A stretch of 64,000 nt of DNA from Oligoflexales bacterium (GCA_965215515.1 OZ244057.1:1952001-2016000); one strand, 5' to 3'. Positions 53,513 through 63,014 are shown, numbered from the stretch's first letter. Translations and numbers: made by a program. Notes: generated by a model not told the origin, from the letters alone.

Positions 53513-54511
53513 ATGACTTGCGCAACAAAGCCCATGTCCCCCTCCTCCTCGGCAGAGGTGCTACGCTACCGAGCACAGGTGTTCGCTTTTCTCAGGCAAT
53601 ACTTCACTGCGCATGGTTTTCTTGAAATCGAGACCCCACTGCTCGTCACCTGCCCAGGCACCGAACCCTACCTGCGCTACTTCAGTAGCCACTGGCAAGA
53701 CGAGCGTGGACGGCGACGGCGCAAGTTCTTGCGTTCCAGTCCCGAACTGCACATGAAACAGGTACTGAGCCATGCGACACCGAAAATCTTTCAGCTAGGC
53801 ACGTGTTTTCGCAACGGTGGCGAACACAGCACATGGCATCACCCTGAATTCACCCTGCTCGAATGGTACGAAGCAGAGACAGAATTCGAGACTTTCATCA
53901 CTTTCACCACCGATCTGCTAACCGAACTGTTTCGACAACACGGACAACGCCCGCTCCCTGCCCTGCACAAATTCACCGTCTATGATGCTTTCGCCGAGTT
54001 CGCAGGCATCGTCTTGCACGACAACGATCCCCAACTAGGACATGAGGCTGCGGCAAAAGGTTGTGTCTCGGTACAGAAAAGCGACGATTTCCCTACCGCC
54101 TTTTTCAAGGTGTTGCTAGAATGTATCGAGCCACGGCTGCGCAAACTCGGCAACGTGCTACTTTACAACTACCCACCCTCACAGGCAGCGCTCGCGAAGG
54201 TGGTGGCAGGACGTGCCCAGCGTTTCGAAATTTATCTCGACGGCATAGAAATTTGCAACGCCTTCGCCGAATGCCTCGACAAGGAAGAAAATGCACGGCG
54301 TTTCGCGACCTACGCACGTCTCAGACACGCACACGGCCTGCCACCCGTACCGCGTGACACGTACTTCGAGGCGGCTTTGCAGCGAGGCATACCACCCGCC
54401 TGCGGCAACGCACTCGGGATCGATCGTGTTCTCGCCCTACTGCGCGGTGCACCTGACCTCGATGCAGTACTACCGTTTCGTACCCAATTTACTCTCAAGT
54501 CTGCGCAGTAA
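53513..54511 (+). CDS. epmA: EF-P beta-lysyltransferase (EpmA/GenX/PoxA)
   Basis: FLEIETP, LRSSPELHMK, FRN, HHPEFTLLEWY, YPPSQAALA, RFE, ALGIDR; LysRS catalytic domain only. Confidence 0.92.
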   Translation: MTCATKPMSPSSSAEVLRYRAQVFAFLRQYFTAHGFLEIETPLLVTCPGTEPYLRYFSSHWQDERGRRRRKFLRSSPELHMKQVLSHATPKIFQLGTCFRNGGEHSTWHHPEFTLLEWYEAETEFETFITFTTDLLTELFRQHGQRPLPALHKFTVYDAFAEFAGIVLHDNDPQLGHEAAAKGCVSVQKSDDFPTAFFKVLLECIEPRLRKLGNVLLYNYPPSQAALAKVVAGRAQRFEIYLDGIEICNAFAECLDKEENARRFATYARLRHAHGLPPVPRDTYFEAALQRGIPPACGNALGIDRVLALLRGAPDLDAVLPFRTQFTLKSAQ

Positions 54512-54558
54512 CACACCGACAACAGGTGTGAGTGAGTGCTACAAAAGGAGATGCTGGG

Positions 54559-55206
54559 ATGTACATTCTACCACAGTTGCTACTGGCAATGCTGTTGTTG
54601 TCGTGCTCAGCAAGCGAAAAAAAGCGTACCGACGATCCTCCGTCATCGTTGCCGCCACCGCCGCAGACCCCTACACCTAAGGCAGAAGACACCACCTTGC
54701 GCGACACAAACCGCACCTCTAAAAAATACATCACCTCTGCACCGACACCCACGCTAATCGTCGTAAATGGCGACGAGGAAGGTGCACAGAAAGGAAATGA
54801 AAAGCAAGAAGAACCACCGCGCACTGAGCAGGAAGCTCGCCCTATGCCACGACAGCAACAGGAGGTGGCAGAAACCACCGCGGAGAAAGAAGAGCCCCAA
54901 CCGCCAGTTCCTCCCGCACCAGATGTTCCCTTAACGGTCAAGGTGAGTTTTGTAAACAGTGATAATGTCTTGTATCCGCAGCTGGAATTTTCTCCGCAAC
55001 ACGTGTCTGAGATAAGTGACATCACCTGGCAGCATGCGGGAGAAGTTACCATGCAGTTAGAAGACGATGCCTTTGTTTTCAAGAACGAAGGAGTCATGAT
55101 ACCACCGCTGAGCTTTTGGTTAAAGTTGCGGTGGGGTGACAAAACATGCCACGAGCGTATCGAGGTTAGCGACATGACACACACGGTGGAGATAATATGT
55201 TCATGA
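54559..55206 (+). CDS. Hypothetical Pro/Glu-rich lipoprotein
   Basis: LLLAMLLLSC lipobox, low-complexity linker; AGGAG RBS. Confidence 0.7.
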   Translation: MYILPQLLLAMLLLSCSASEKKRTDDPPSSLPPPPQTPTPKAEDTTLRDTNRTSKKYITSAPTPTLIVVNGDEEGAQKGNEKQEEPPRTEQEARPMPRQQQEVAETTAEKEEPQPPVPPAPDVPLTVKVSFVNSDNVLYPQLEFSPQHVSEISDITWQHAGEVTMQLEDDAFVFKNEGVMIPPLSFWLKLRWGDKTCHERIEVSDMTHTVEIICS

Positions 55207-56081
55207 AAATACTGTTGCTTACTATCTCATTGTTTGCCTGCAAACTGACTTCCATGTCCTCGTCCGATTTACACGATCATTCGACAGCTGCTCAGGCAGA
55301 TGACCAGGCGGTGTTTTTGCATGTGTTGCCGCGTGGCATCGAAGTTACGGTGCCAGACACGTCGGTAACAGGTGCTCTGCCACAGGCTTTCTATCACCTA
55401 CGCAGTGCTGATCAAAAATTTGCGCGAGATGCAGTTACCGCACAACCGTTGCGGGCTGCGCCTGTTACTTTTGCGGAGCTGGTCTTGGCCTGGCAGAACC
55501 AGGCCTACACCTGGTTGTGTTTTTTGCAAGATATCGCTGGTAGCCGTGTGATCGAGCCGACGCGGGATAACAGATGTTACCGACAGGACGCACAACACTC
55601 CTACCTCCAGCAGTTTGCTGCGTGGTGCAGCAAAGACAATAAGTACCACGCCCCTTTTTTTCTCGACAGCGCTGCCCCATATTGCAAGGTGGGCAAAATC
55701 AGTGCTAGCAAAACAGTACGTATTCCACTGCGTTGTTTCACAGGCAATGCCAACCTGTGTTTTCCTCCCGCAAAACGCAGCATTAAGCGTGCGGGGCGCA
55801 ATCCACAACGTATCCCCGATCGGCGTTTCAGAGCCGACGAATACTATATCGCTAAATACCTACAAAAGAGCGGCAAAACTTTCCCCGCCCTGCTCGACGA
55901 CATCTACGCACAAGCCTCAGACTGTCGTGACGGAGCTGGGATGGAGGTGCATACCTTTGTGCGAAGACATCCATTTTACTGTAGTTGCCCGCGGCACAAA
56001 AACAAAAAAATAATTCTCAATGGACAGGAAAAAAAATGTGGTGCAACGGGCTACGCTTACTTTTTTCCTCCACTCCCCTAG
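55203..56081 (+). CDS. Hypothetical Cys-containing lipoprotein
   Basis: MKILLLTISLFAC lipobox; ATGA overlap with the upstream gene. Confidence 0.7.
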   Translation: MKILLLTISLFACKLTSMSSSDLHDHSTAAQADDQAVFLHVLPRGIEVTVPDTSVTGALPQAFYHLRSADQKFARDAVTAQPLRAAPVTFAELVLAWQNQAYTWLCFLQDIAGSRVIEPTRDNRCYRQDAQHSYLQQFAAWCSKDNKYHAPFFLDSAAPYCKVGKISASKTVRIPLRCFTGNANLCFPPAKRSIKRAGRNPQRIPDRRFRADEYYIAKYLQKSGKTFPALLDDIYAQASDCRDGAGMEVHTFVRRHPFYCSCPRHKNKKIILNGQEKKCGATGYAYFFPPLP

Positions 56082-56142
56082 TTTCCAACTTGAACACAGA
56101 CACGCGGCTGCTCCCCTTCTTTCCTAATGATGGCGACTAATA

Positions 56143-56159
56143 TGTAGATGCCCTCCTAG
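56143..56159 (+). repeat. Dispersed TGTAGATGCCC element, degenerate copy
   Basis: TGTAGATGCCCTCCTAG, 14/17 identical to the start of the 59063 copy. Confidence 0.5.
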
Positions 56160-56610
56160 TTAAGGTTTGCAATTTAGTGGTCACCTCTCGCAGTTCCTGC
56201 TGTGGTCGCTGTCCAGGACAATACCACCCCCTGCGGCGTAATCGCGCCGACAAGATGATGAACGGTAGCAAAACTCCGCACCCGTGCCGCACAACGGTGT
56301 TGGACATACACGCGGTAAAGGCTGAGCATCTTGCAATAATATCCACAGGCGTAGCCTATATTGCACCTCGCGGTCACGAAACCAGGCTTTAGTTGCTTGC
56401 TTAGCTTGAGTGAACTAGGAGAGGATATACTTATCGAGATGTTTTAATTTAACCCCCTCCCCAAAACCACATCGCTCGCCTCGTTGAATAACCTGCTTGT
56501 TAATAATTTAATGGTTATTTACAAATATTTATAAATTAATACTATAAAATATATAGAACATGTTGTATCATGTCCAACGATGAGATAGGACATGCTTCAC
56601 AGGGAATGTA

Positions 56611-57723
56611 ATGGCAAAGATAACTTTTTATCCGCTTGGCAACGCGGATTCGACTTTGATTGAGCTTAATAACGGCAAGACCATGCTTATCGATTATGCA
56701 CACTCAAAAAAATCAGAGGATTGCGATGATGAAAAAATAGTTTTAGATCGGGAAATAAGAAGGAGACTCAATCATTATAATCCCCATATTGATGTTGTAG
56801 CCTTTACTCATGCAGATGAGGATCACACGCGTGGTGCTGTGGATTTCTTTGCTCTTGAGCATGCAAATAAATATCGAAGCAAGGGTCGGGTGGGCATAGG
56901 TGAGTTGTGGGTACCGGCCGCGATGATCGTCGAGGAGGGGTTGAAGGGAGATAGTAGAGCGATCAGACAGGAGGCGAGATATAGGTTGAAAAAGGGACAT
57001 GGCGTTCGGGTGTTTTCCTGCCCTGGACTTTTAGATGACTGGCTTAGTCGAGAGGGTGTAGACATGGAATCGTCGCAGCGGTGTGTTGCCATCAGTGCTG
57101 GCAATGTTATTCCTAAATTTGACCTGTTAAATGATGGGCTTGAGGCTTTTGTCCATTCACCGTTTGCATCTCGCGATGGTAAAGGTTTGCAGAGCAGAAA
57201 TGATGGTTCACTCTTCTTGCATCTGACCTTTGCTAGCGATGGCAGGAAGACAAGGGTAATGATGGGGGCTGACGCAACATGGGATGTTCTCGAAGATATC
57301 ATCAGAATCACAAAATACTACGGGCATGAAGAGCGGTTGAAATGGGATATTTATCGGGTCTCACACCACTGTTCCTATCTTTCACTGTCACCTGATAAGG
57401 GCGAGGAGGTAACCATTCCCAGCGAGAGTATCGACTGGCTCTTTAAGCAAGGAAGCGTTGGCAGCTACATAATTTCTTCTAGTAGTCCAATTGCCGCCTC
57501 TGGAGAGGGCTCCAGCCAGCCACCGCATCGGCAAGCAGCAAATTACTACAGGCAAAAAGCACGCTTCCTAGATGGTGAATTCTTGGTGACTATGGAGTAT
57601 CCAGATGCATATCTACCAAGGCCTATGGTGTTCACCATCTCTGCTCACGGAATCACGCTTGAAAGCATAACAACCTCTGTTACAGATTCTATAGTTATCA
57701 ACGATTCTTGTAGGTTAGGATGA
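56611..57723 (+). CDS. Metallo-beta-lactamase-fold hydrolase (ComEC-like HxDxDH) ending in Gly
   Basis: ITFYPLGNADSTLI, LIDY, FTHADEDH, RNDGS, GAD, SHHCS, QPPHRQAANYY; C-terminus CRLG. Confidence 0.85.
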   Translation: MAKITFYPLGNADSTLIELNNGKTMLIDYAHSKKSEDCDDEKIVLDREIRRRLNHYNPHIDVVAFTHADEDHTRGAVDFFALEHANKYRSKGRVGIGELWVPAAMIVEEGLKGDSRAIRQEARYRLKKGHGVRVFSCPGLLDDWLSREGVDMESSQRCVAISAGNVIPKFDLLNDGLEAFVHSPFASRDGKGLQSRNDGSLFLHLTFASDGRKTRVMMGADATWDVLEDIIRITKYYGHEERLKWDIYRVSHHCSYLSLSPDKGEEVTIPSESIDWLFKQGSVGSYIISSSSPIAASGEGSSQPPHRQAANYYRQKARFLDGEFLVTMEYPDAYLPRPMVFTISAHGITLESITTSVTDSIVINDSCRLG

Positions 57724-58841
57724 AAAATACGAACCCTCCCAAAATTGGAATATGTCTCTCTGGTGGTGGCTCACGCGCGATGGCTTTCCATCTGGGTTGT
57801 TTAAGGACGTTGCACAAGCGCAGCATACTCAACAAGGTATCACTGATATCCACCGTATCAGGAGGATCAGTAATCGGTGCGATGTATGCCTACAGCAACG
57901 ATAGTTTCGAAGAATTTACCGCGAAGGTTAGCCAGCAGCTTGAATCTGGATTCCAACCAGAAGAGGATAATGGTATTTTTTTTACACCCAAAATGCTTTT
58001 TTCTTTGATTAGGGTTGTTTTTTTCTCGTCTGAAAATAAATCTGAAAAACGTAAAAAAGCTGCAAAAATTTTTGAAGATCGACTCTATCGAGCAGAAGAG
58101 TTGGCAGCAATTTTTGATGAAAAGCTTTACCAAGGAAAGAAGCTCTCAGCAGAGACTCGTAATGGGCTTGAAATAACAATTAATGCCTGCGAACTCAGTA
58201 CCAACACCGCGTTTCGCTTTAGCAACAAAATCATCAATAACTGGCTTCTAGGTGAGGTATCGACAGATTCAGTGAGCCTCGCTGAAGCAGTGGCTGCATC
58301 GGCTGCCTATCCAATACTTGTCTCAACGATGGACAAACACTTTGAGTTTAAAAAGAATGGGGGAAGGAAAAAGAAAAAAGTTTTCTTGACCGATGGTGGG
58401 GTTTATGAGAACCAAGGGATTACCGCTCTTTGGCCAGATCGCTCAGCTGAGTACAGTTATCCACATTGCCACTTTGACTACATAATCGCCTGTGACGCTG
58501 AGCCCAGCCGTTCACTGCCAAGACAACCTAACTTGACCCTGTTAGATAAGTTTAAGGAGTGTCTATCAACGTTAATGGGCAGAATAAGTTCGATGAATTT
58601 TAAGGTATTGCATGAATATAAAAACGCTAGAAAAATTAAGGGGTTTGTACTTGCACGGCTGAATACCGAAGATGAAAATATTTTATTCAAGGATGATAAA
58701 TTCGTGTCGTATGCACGTGTTGCCGACTATCCCACCGATTTCAAGGCAATGAAGAAAGAAGATATCGAGAGGTTAAGCAATCGTGGCGAGCAGATCACAG
58801 ATAGTTTTGTCAGGCAGTATGCAAGTGATCTAATAGTATAA
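57720..58841 (+). CDS. Patatin-like phospholipase
   Basis: LSGGGSRA (oxyanion loop), VSGGS (catalytic Ser), ASAAYP, TDGGVYEN (catalytic Asp); ATGA overlap with the MBL gene. Confidence 0.92.
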   Translation: MKNTNPPKIGICLSGGGSRAMAFHLGCLRTLHKRSILNKVSLISTVSGGSVIGAMYAYSNDSFEEFTAKVSQQLESGFQPEEDNGIFFTPKMLFSLIRVVFFSSENKSEKRKKAAKIFEDRLYRAEELAAIFDEKLYQGKKLSAETRNGLEITINACELSTNTAFRFSNKIINNWLLGEVSTDSVSLAEAVAASAAYPILVSTMDKHFEFKKNGGRKKKKVFLTDGGVYENQGITALWPDRSAEYSYPHCHFDYIIACDAEPSRSLPRQPNLTLLDKFKECLSTLMGRISSMNFKVLHEYKNARKIKGFVLARLNTEDENILFKDDKFVSYARVADYPTDFKAMKKEDIERLSNRGEQITDSFVRQYASDLIV

Positions 58842-59062
58842 TTTTTAACAAAAACGGAAGCCATCACGGCAACAATGACGACGCGATTGGGTTGCTCTTT
58901 TTTTACTTCATTTGCTCTCCTTACCAGCACTCACTTGGTCAGCATGTGTTAAGCTCCCATTAAGCGGCGGGAAAGTCCAGAGCTTATCCCTGGATCGCGG
59001 TATTTTAAAAATTCAGGCAGTTGTGGATAGCTGTGTTCGAAGAGATCTTTTGGCATGCGTAT

Positions 59063-59084
59063 TGTAGATGCCCCCGTAAAAAGC
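59063..59084 (+). repeat. Dispersed TGTAGATGCCCCCGTAAAAAGC element, copy at the cassette's right edge
   Basis: Near-identical to 30152-30172. Confidence 0.7.
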
Positions 59085-59146
59085 CTTCTCGTTTATCTAT
59101 TACCGCAACATGCACAAAGCTCTGCTGTGAACCTGATACACCGACC

Positions 59147-60340
59147 CTAGTCCAACACTTCCGCCACCACTCCCGCACCGACCGTGCGTCCGCCCTCGCG
59201 CAGGGCGAAACGTAGCTCCTTATCCATCGCAATCGGTGTAATGAGATCGACTTCCATGTCGATGTTGTCGCCAGGCATAACCATCTCAACGTTATCAGGC
59301 AACTTGATAATACCTGTCACGTCCGTGGTGCGAAAATAAAATTGCGGACGATACCCCTTGAAGAAGGGTGTGTGTCTGCCACCCTCCTCCTTGGTCAACA
59401 CATATACCTGCGCCTTGAATTTACGATGCGGCGTAATCGCACTAGGCTTGGACAGCACCTGTCCACGGAAAACTTCGTCCCGCTTCGTGCCGCGCAGTAG
59501 CACTCCCACGTTGTCACCCGCCCGCCCCTCGTCGAGCAGTTTGCGAAACATCTCTACCCCTGTGCAGGTAGTTTTGCTCGTTTCCTTGATCCCGACAATC
59601 TCAATCTCATCACCGACCTTGACAATACCCCTCTCAATCCTACCCGTGACTACCGTACCCCGTCCAGAAATAGAAAACACATCCTCGATAGGCATCAAGA
59701 AATCCAAATCAATAGGACGATCAGGAACAGGAATATAGTCGTCGCAAGCTTTGACCAACTCAAAAATAGCCTTGCAATCGTCACTATCGATGTTGTCGGA
59801 TTCGAGCGCTTTCAAAGCCGACCCCTTGACAATAGGGGTATCGTCGCCAGGGAACTTGTACTCACTGAGCAGTTCCCGCACCTCCATCTCCACTAAATCA
59901 AGCAACTCGGCATCGTCTACCATGTCAACCTTGTTGAGGAAGACTACAATCTTGGGCACACCTACCTGACGCGCCAACAAAATATGCTCCCGCGTCTGTG
60001 GCATCGGCCCGTCCGCCGCACTCACCACCAACACCGCACCATCCATCTGCGCGGCACCCGTAATCATGTTCTTCACATAGTCGGCATGACCAGGACAGTC
60101 AACGTGTGCATAATGGCGCTGCTCCGACTCATACTCGACATGCGAGGTCGAAATCGTAATTCCCCGCTCCTTCTCCTCAGGAGCCTTGTCAATCTCCTCG
60201 AACGCTAACGCCTGCCCACCGAATTTCTTCGACAATATCTTGGTAATCGCTGCCGTCAACGTCGTCTTGCCATGATCGACGTGACCGATCGTACCGACAT
60301 TAACATGCGGCTTGTTGCGCTCGAATTTCTCCTTCGCCAT
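59147..60340 (-). CDS. tuf: Elongation factor Tu
   Basis: [32 protein letters not shown]. Confidence 0.99.
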   Translation of the reverse strand: MAKEKFERNKPHVNVGTIGHVDHGKTTLTAAITKILSKKFGGQALAFEEIDKAPEEKERGITISTSHVEYESEQRHYAHVDCPGHADYVKNMITGAAQMDGAVLVVSAADGPMPQTREHILLARQVGVPKIVVFLNKVDMVDDAELLDLVEMEVRELLSEYKFPGDDTPIVKGSALKALESDNIDSDDCKAIFELVKACDDYIPVPDRPIDLDFLMPIEDVFSISGRGTVVTGRIERGIVKVGDEIEIVGIKETSKTTCTGVEMFRKLLDEGRAGDNVGVLLRGTKRDEVFRGQVLSKPSAITPHRKFKAQVYVLTKEEGGRHTPFFKGYRPQFYFRTTDVTGIIKLPDNVEMVMPGDNIDMEVDLITPIAMDKELRFALREGGRTVGAGVVAEVLD

Positions 60341-60443
60341 CCCTGACCTCCACGGTTAAACTAAAACCCACACCGAAAATATCCCGACTCGCCAGCCGTC
60401 ATACCCCACAACAAAGAAATTGACAACAACAGCCTCTCCGTTA

Positions 60444-60515
60444 AGCCTGAGATGGGATTTGAACCCATGGCCTCATCCTTACCAAGGATGTGCTCTACCC
60501 CTGAGCTACACAGGC
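60444..60515 (-). tRNA. tRNA-Thr(GGT)
   Basis: Reverse complement GCCTGTG...CATCC-TTGGTAA-GGATG...TTCAAAT...CTCAGGCT. Confidence 0.93.
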
Positions 60516-60850
60516 CCAGCACACATACACACAAAGCGGAAGACGGGGATCGAACCCGCTACGCTCGCCTCTCCGCCGCTTCCTCGCTCCGCTTGGAAGA
60601 CCGATGCCCCCCAGCACACATACACACAAAGCGGAAGACGGGGATCGAACCCGCTGCGCTCGCCTCTCCGCCGCTTCCTCGCTCCGCTTGGAAGACCGAT
60701 GCCCCCCAGCACACATACACACAAAGCGGAAGACGGGGATCGAACCCGCTACCCTCGCCTCTCCGCCGCTTCCTCGCTCCGCTTGGAAGACCGATGCCCC
60801 CCAGCACACATACACACAAAGCGGAAGACGGGGATCGAACCCGCTACCCT
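60516..60850 (-). repeat. 95-bp tandem repeat derived from tRNA-Gly (three full units plus one partial)
   Basis: Units start at 60516, 60611, 60706 and 60801; they differ only at two positions (ACGC/GCGC/ACCC). Confidence 0.95.
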
Positions 60851-60892
60851 CAGCTTGGAAGGCTGATGCTCTACCAGATGAGCTACTTCCGC
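60820..60892 (-). tRNA. tRNA-Gly(TCC)
   Basis: Reverse complement GCGGAAG...TCAGC-CTTCCAA-GCTGA...TTCGATC...CTTCCGCT. Confidence 0.95.
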
Positions 60893-60919
60893 ACAACCCA
60901 CACACAAGCCTAGCAAGCA

Positions 60920-61002
60920 TGGAGGGAGATGGATTTGAACCATCGAAGGCTAACGCCAACGGGTTTACAGCCCGTCTCCTTTGGCCACTCGGACACCCCT
61001 CC
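60920..61002 (-). tRNA. tRNA-Tyr(GTA)
   Basis: Reverse complement GGAGGGG...ACGGG-CTGTAAA-CCCGT, long variable arm. Confidence 0.95.
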
Positions 61003-61016
61003 GTGACAGAACACAG

Positions 61017-61089
61017 AGCTGGCGATGGGACTTGAACCCGCAACCTGCTGATTACAAGTCAGCTGCTCTACCAGTTGAGCTACGCCAGC
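61017..61089 (-). tRNA. tRNA-Thr(TGT)
   Basis: Reverse complement GCTGGCG...GCTGA-CTTGTAA-TCAGC...CGCCAGCT. Confidence 0.96.
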
Positions 61090-61163
61090 CTAACAGACAC
61101 AACCCCCTGCGGCTAGGAAGTCACCGAAAAGTTATGACCGAATGACAATCTCATGTCAACAAC

Positions 61164-61856
61164 TTAACTCCCAGAACAACTGTGCTGCTGCAAAAAAATC
61201 GCCGCGGCCGCCGACACATTCAACGACTGCAACCTCCCTCGTCGCTCACTCACCCCTCCCTCAATGCACAACAGGCGATCACACTGTGCCCGTACCGCAG
61301 GCGATATCCCCCTGCCTTCCGCACCAAACACCAACACCTGCTGGGCAAAGAAACCACTGTCCCGCAAACTTTCCCCCACCATATCCGCACCCACTACCCA
61401 GAAACCACGCTTCTTTAAATTCACCAACGTGCGCGCCAAATTAGTCACCAAAAAAAGATCCAACAACGCAAAACCACCCCGCGCCGCATTAACCACCGCC
61501 GCAGTCAAACCAACCTGCCGCCGCCGCGCCACCACCACACCCCGCACCCCAAAGAAAGCCGCCGAACGCACCACCGCACCGAGATTATGAGGATCGACAA
61601 CATGATCGAGCGCTACCAACACACGGCCCAACCTGCCCGCCCCCAGCACCGCGTACAACTCACTCTCATAGCGCGGCGTAAGCCTCAACTCCGCCACCAC
61701 CCTCTTGCCAGCCTGACCCCGCACCGCGACATCCCGATCCGACAAGCCACGCAAGCGCGCCACCAAACGCGGCGGACAGCCGACCTCTACCACCACCTGC
61801 GGACGATGACGTAGATACTCCGCAACATGCCGCTCGCCCTCAATGGTAAACTTCAC
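61164..61856 (-). CDS. TrmH/SpoU-family RNA methyltransferase (RlmB-like)
   Basis: LDHVVDPHNLGAVVRSA, VFGAEGRG, QSLNVSAA; GTG start overlaps the upstream stop (GTGA). Confidence 0.88.
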   Translation of the reverse strand: MKFTIEGERHVAEYLRHRPQVVVEVGCPPRLVARLRGLSDRDVAVRGQAGKRVVAELRLTPRYESELYAVLGAGRLGRVLVALDHVVDPHNLGAVVRSAAFFGVRGVVVARRRQVGLTAAVVNAARGGFALLDLFLVTNLARTLVNLKKRGFWVVGADMVGESLRDSGFFAQQVLVFGAEGRGISPAVRAQCDRLLCIEGGVSERRGRLQSLNVSAAAAIFLQQHSCSGS

Positions 61857-63013
61857 CGCGCCGCAGAGCCGCGATACGAAGCCGTTACCCGCGTTAGCTC
61901 CCTGGCAGGCAACAAATCCACCGCCGTCTGCAGCAAAAAACGCGTCAACATATGTATCCTGCCAGCATAAAAACACACCCGACTCGGATCAAGTACACAA
62001 TGATTCGCCATACATGCCAACGCATGCGGAGTGATGTCAGCATTACAACCCAACACCAGCGTACGCAACCAAGGACTTGTCAACGTCGCAGAAAACTCAC
62101 GCACCACTCCTAACTCGCCCTCACAGCCATTGCGTGTAAACGCCACCGTCACCTTCTCCAATACCGCCCGATAGCTGTCCACCGCCTCCTTGAGCACAGC
62201 TAACTTCTCCTCTGCCAACAACCCCCTGTCAACAAAATCAGCCTGCAACGAACAGACATCCATCATCACCAACTCCAACAACGCCGCCATCGTATAAGGC
62301 GCACTCAAACGCGAGGCCTTCACCACCTCACGCACACTACGGTGACTCACCACCAAAGCCAACATGTCTCCATGAAAACTATCACGCCGCAACGACGTAG
62401 CCTTTTCTTCGGAAACAGTCAAAAGAGTGCCATCACCAACTGCGTGACAGAATTTTAGAAAAATTGCATTGAAGCTTTTAAAAGATTCAACGAGTTCATA
62501 ACAGTCATCTACGATAGCGAGGTTGGTTGCAGGTGGTGTGCCCCGCTGTATCCGATAGCTGACGTGTTCGTGCATGAACAGTGACCAGACGGTGCTGATA
62601 AGCTGCATCTGTAGCGCCTGCCACAGCTGAATACTGTTCATGAGACCGTGCTTGCGTATTACCTGTCCGAACTTGGTGGCAGGAGTCACCTTCATCGCTA
62701 ACTCGGCCAACTGCTCGGCCGTCAGTAGGTCACGTCGTCGCAGCACTTCACCGAGACGGTCATCGCTAAGTGTCGAAGTCGCAAAACAAAAACGCCCCTG
62801 ATCGAGGTAAAGGCATTTTTGCCGCTTTCCTACGTCGGCGGTAATCATGCCTGACCAGCGGTCACGGATCAAGCCCTGTAGCAGATGGCCGAACACCTGC
62901 GGCGAACTACGCCCTACATCGATGCCTGGTGCAAGTTTGTCAGCACTGTCGGTTGCTGCCAATGTAAAATCCCCCCCGTGAAGCACTAGTTCTATTCTAA
63001 CAACATTTCCCAC
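61853..63013 (-). CDS. DUF4388/PATAN-like domain protein
   Basis: WSGMI...K.LYLDQG...FATS...DDRLGEVL.R..LLT...KFGQV pattern; start uncertain. Confidence 0.65.
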   Translation of the reverse strand: MGNVVRIELVLHGGDFTLAATDSADKLAPGIDVGRSSPQVFGHLLQGLIRDRWSGMITADVGKRQKCLYLDQGRFCFATSTLSDDRLGEVLRRRDLLTAEQLAELAMKVTPATKFGQVIRKHGLMNSIQLWQALQMQLISTVWSLFMHEHVSYRIQRGTPPATNLAIVDDCYELVESFKSFNAIFLKFCHAVGDGTLLTVSEEKATSLRRDSFHGDMLALVVSHRSVREVVKASRLSAPYTMAALLELVMMDVCSLQADFVDRGLLAEEKLAVLKEAVDSYRAVLEKVTVAFTRNGCEGELGVVREFSATLTSPWLRTLVLGCNADITPHALACMANHCVLDPSRVCFYAGRIHMLTRFLLQTAVDLLPARELTRVTASYRGSAAR

Positions 63014-63014
63014 C

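Noticed and set aside
56137..56392. Short ORFs upstream of the MBL gene as a third system component
   Set aside because: Several overlapping 61-71-aa frames with no RBS or motif; none can be supported.
58960..59000. RNase P RNA-like GGAAAGTCC
   Set aside because: Only a short match; the other conserved RNase P elements are absent and there is too little space.
48797..59030. DnaA-box-like 9-mers (about 48797, 56339, 59022)
   Set aside because: Isolated, mismatched and not clustered; no dnaA context.
60516..60850. CRISPR array
   Set aside because: Units are near-identical along their whole length, with no unique spacers and no cas genes; they derive from tRNA-Gly.
60420..61043. Repetitive ORFs of 72-182 aa on both strands
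   Set aside because: They are translations of the tRNA genes and the 95-bp repeat.
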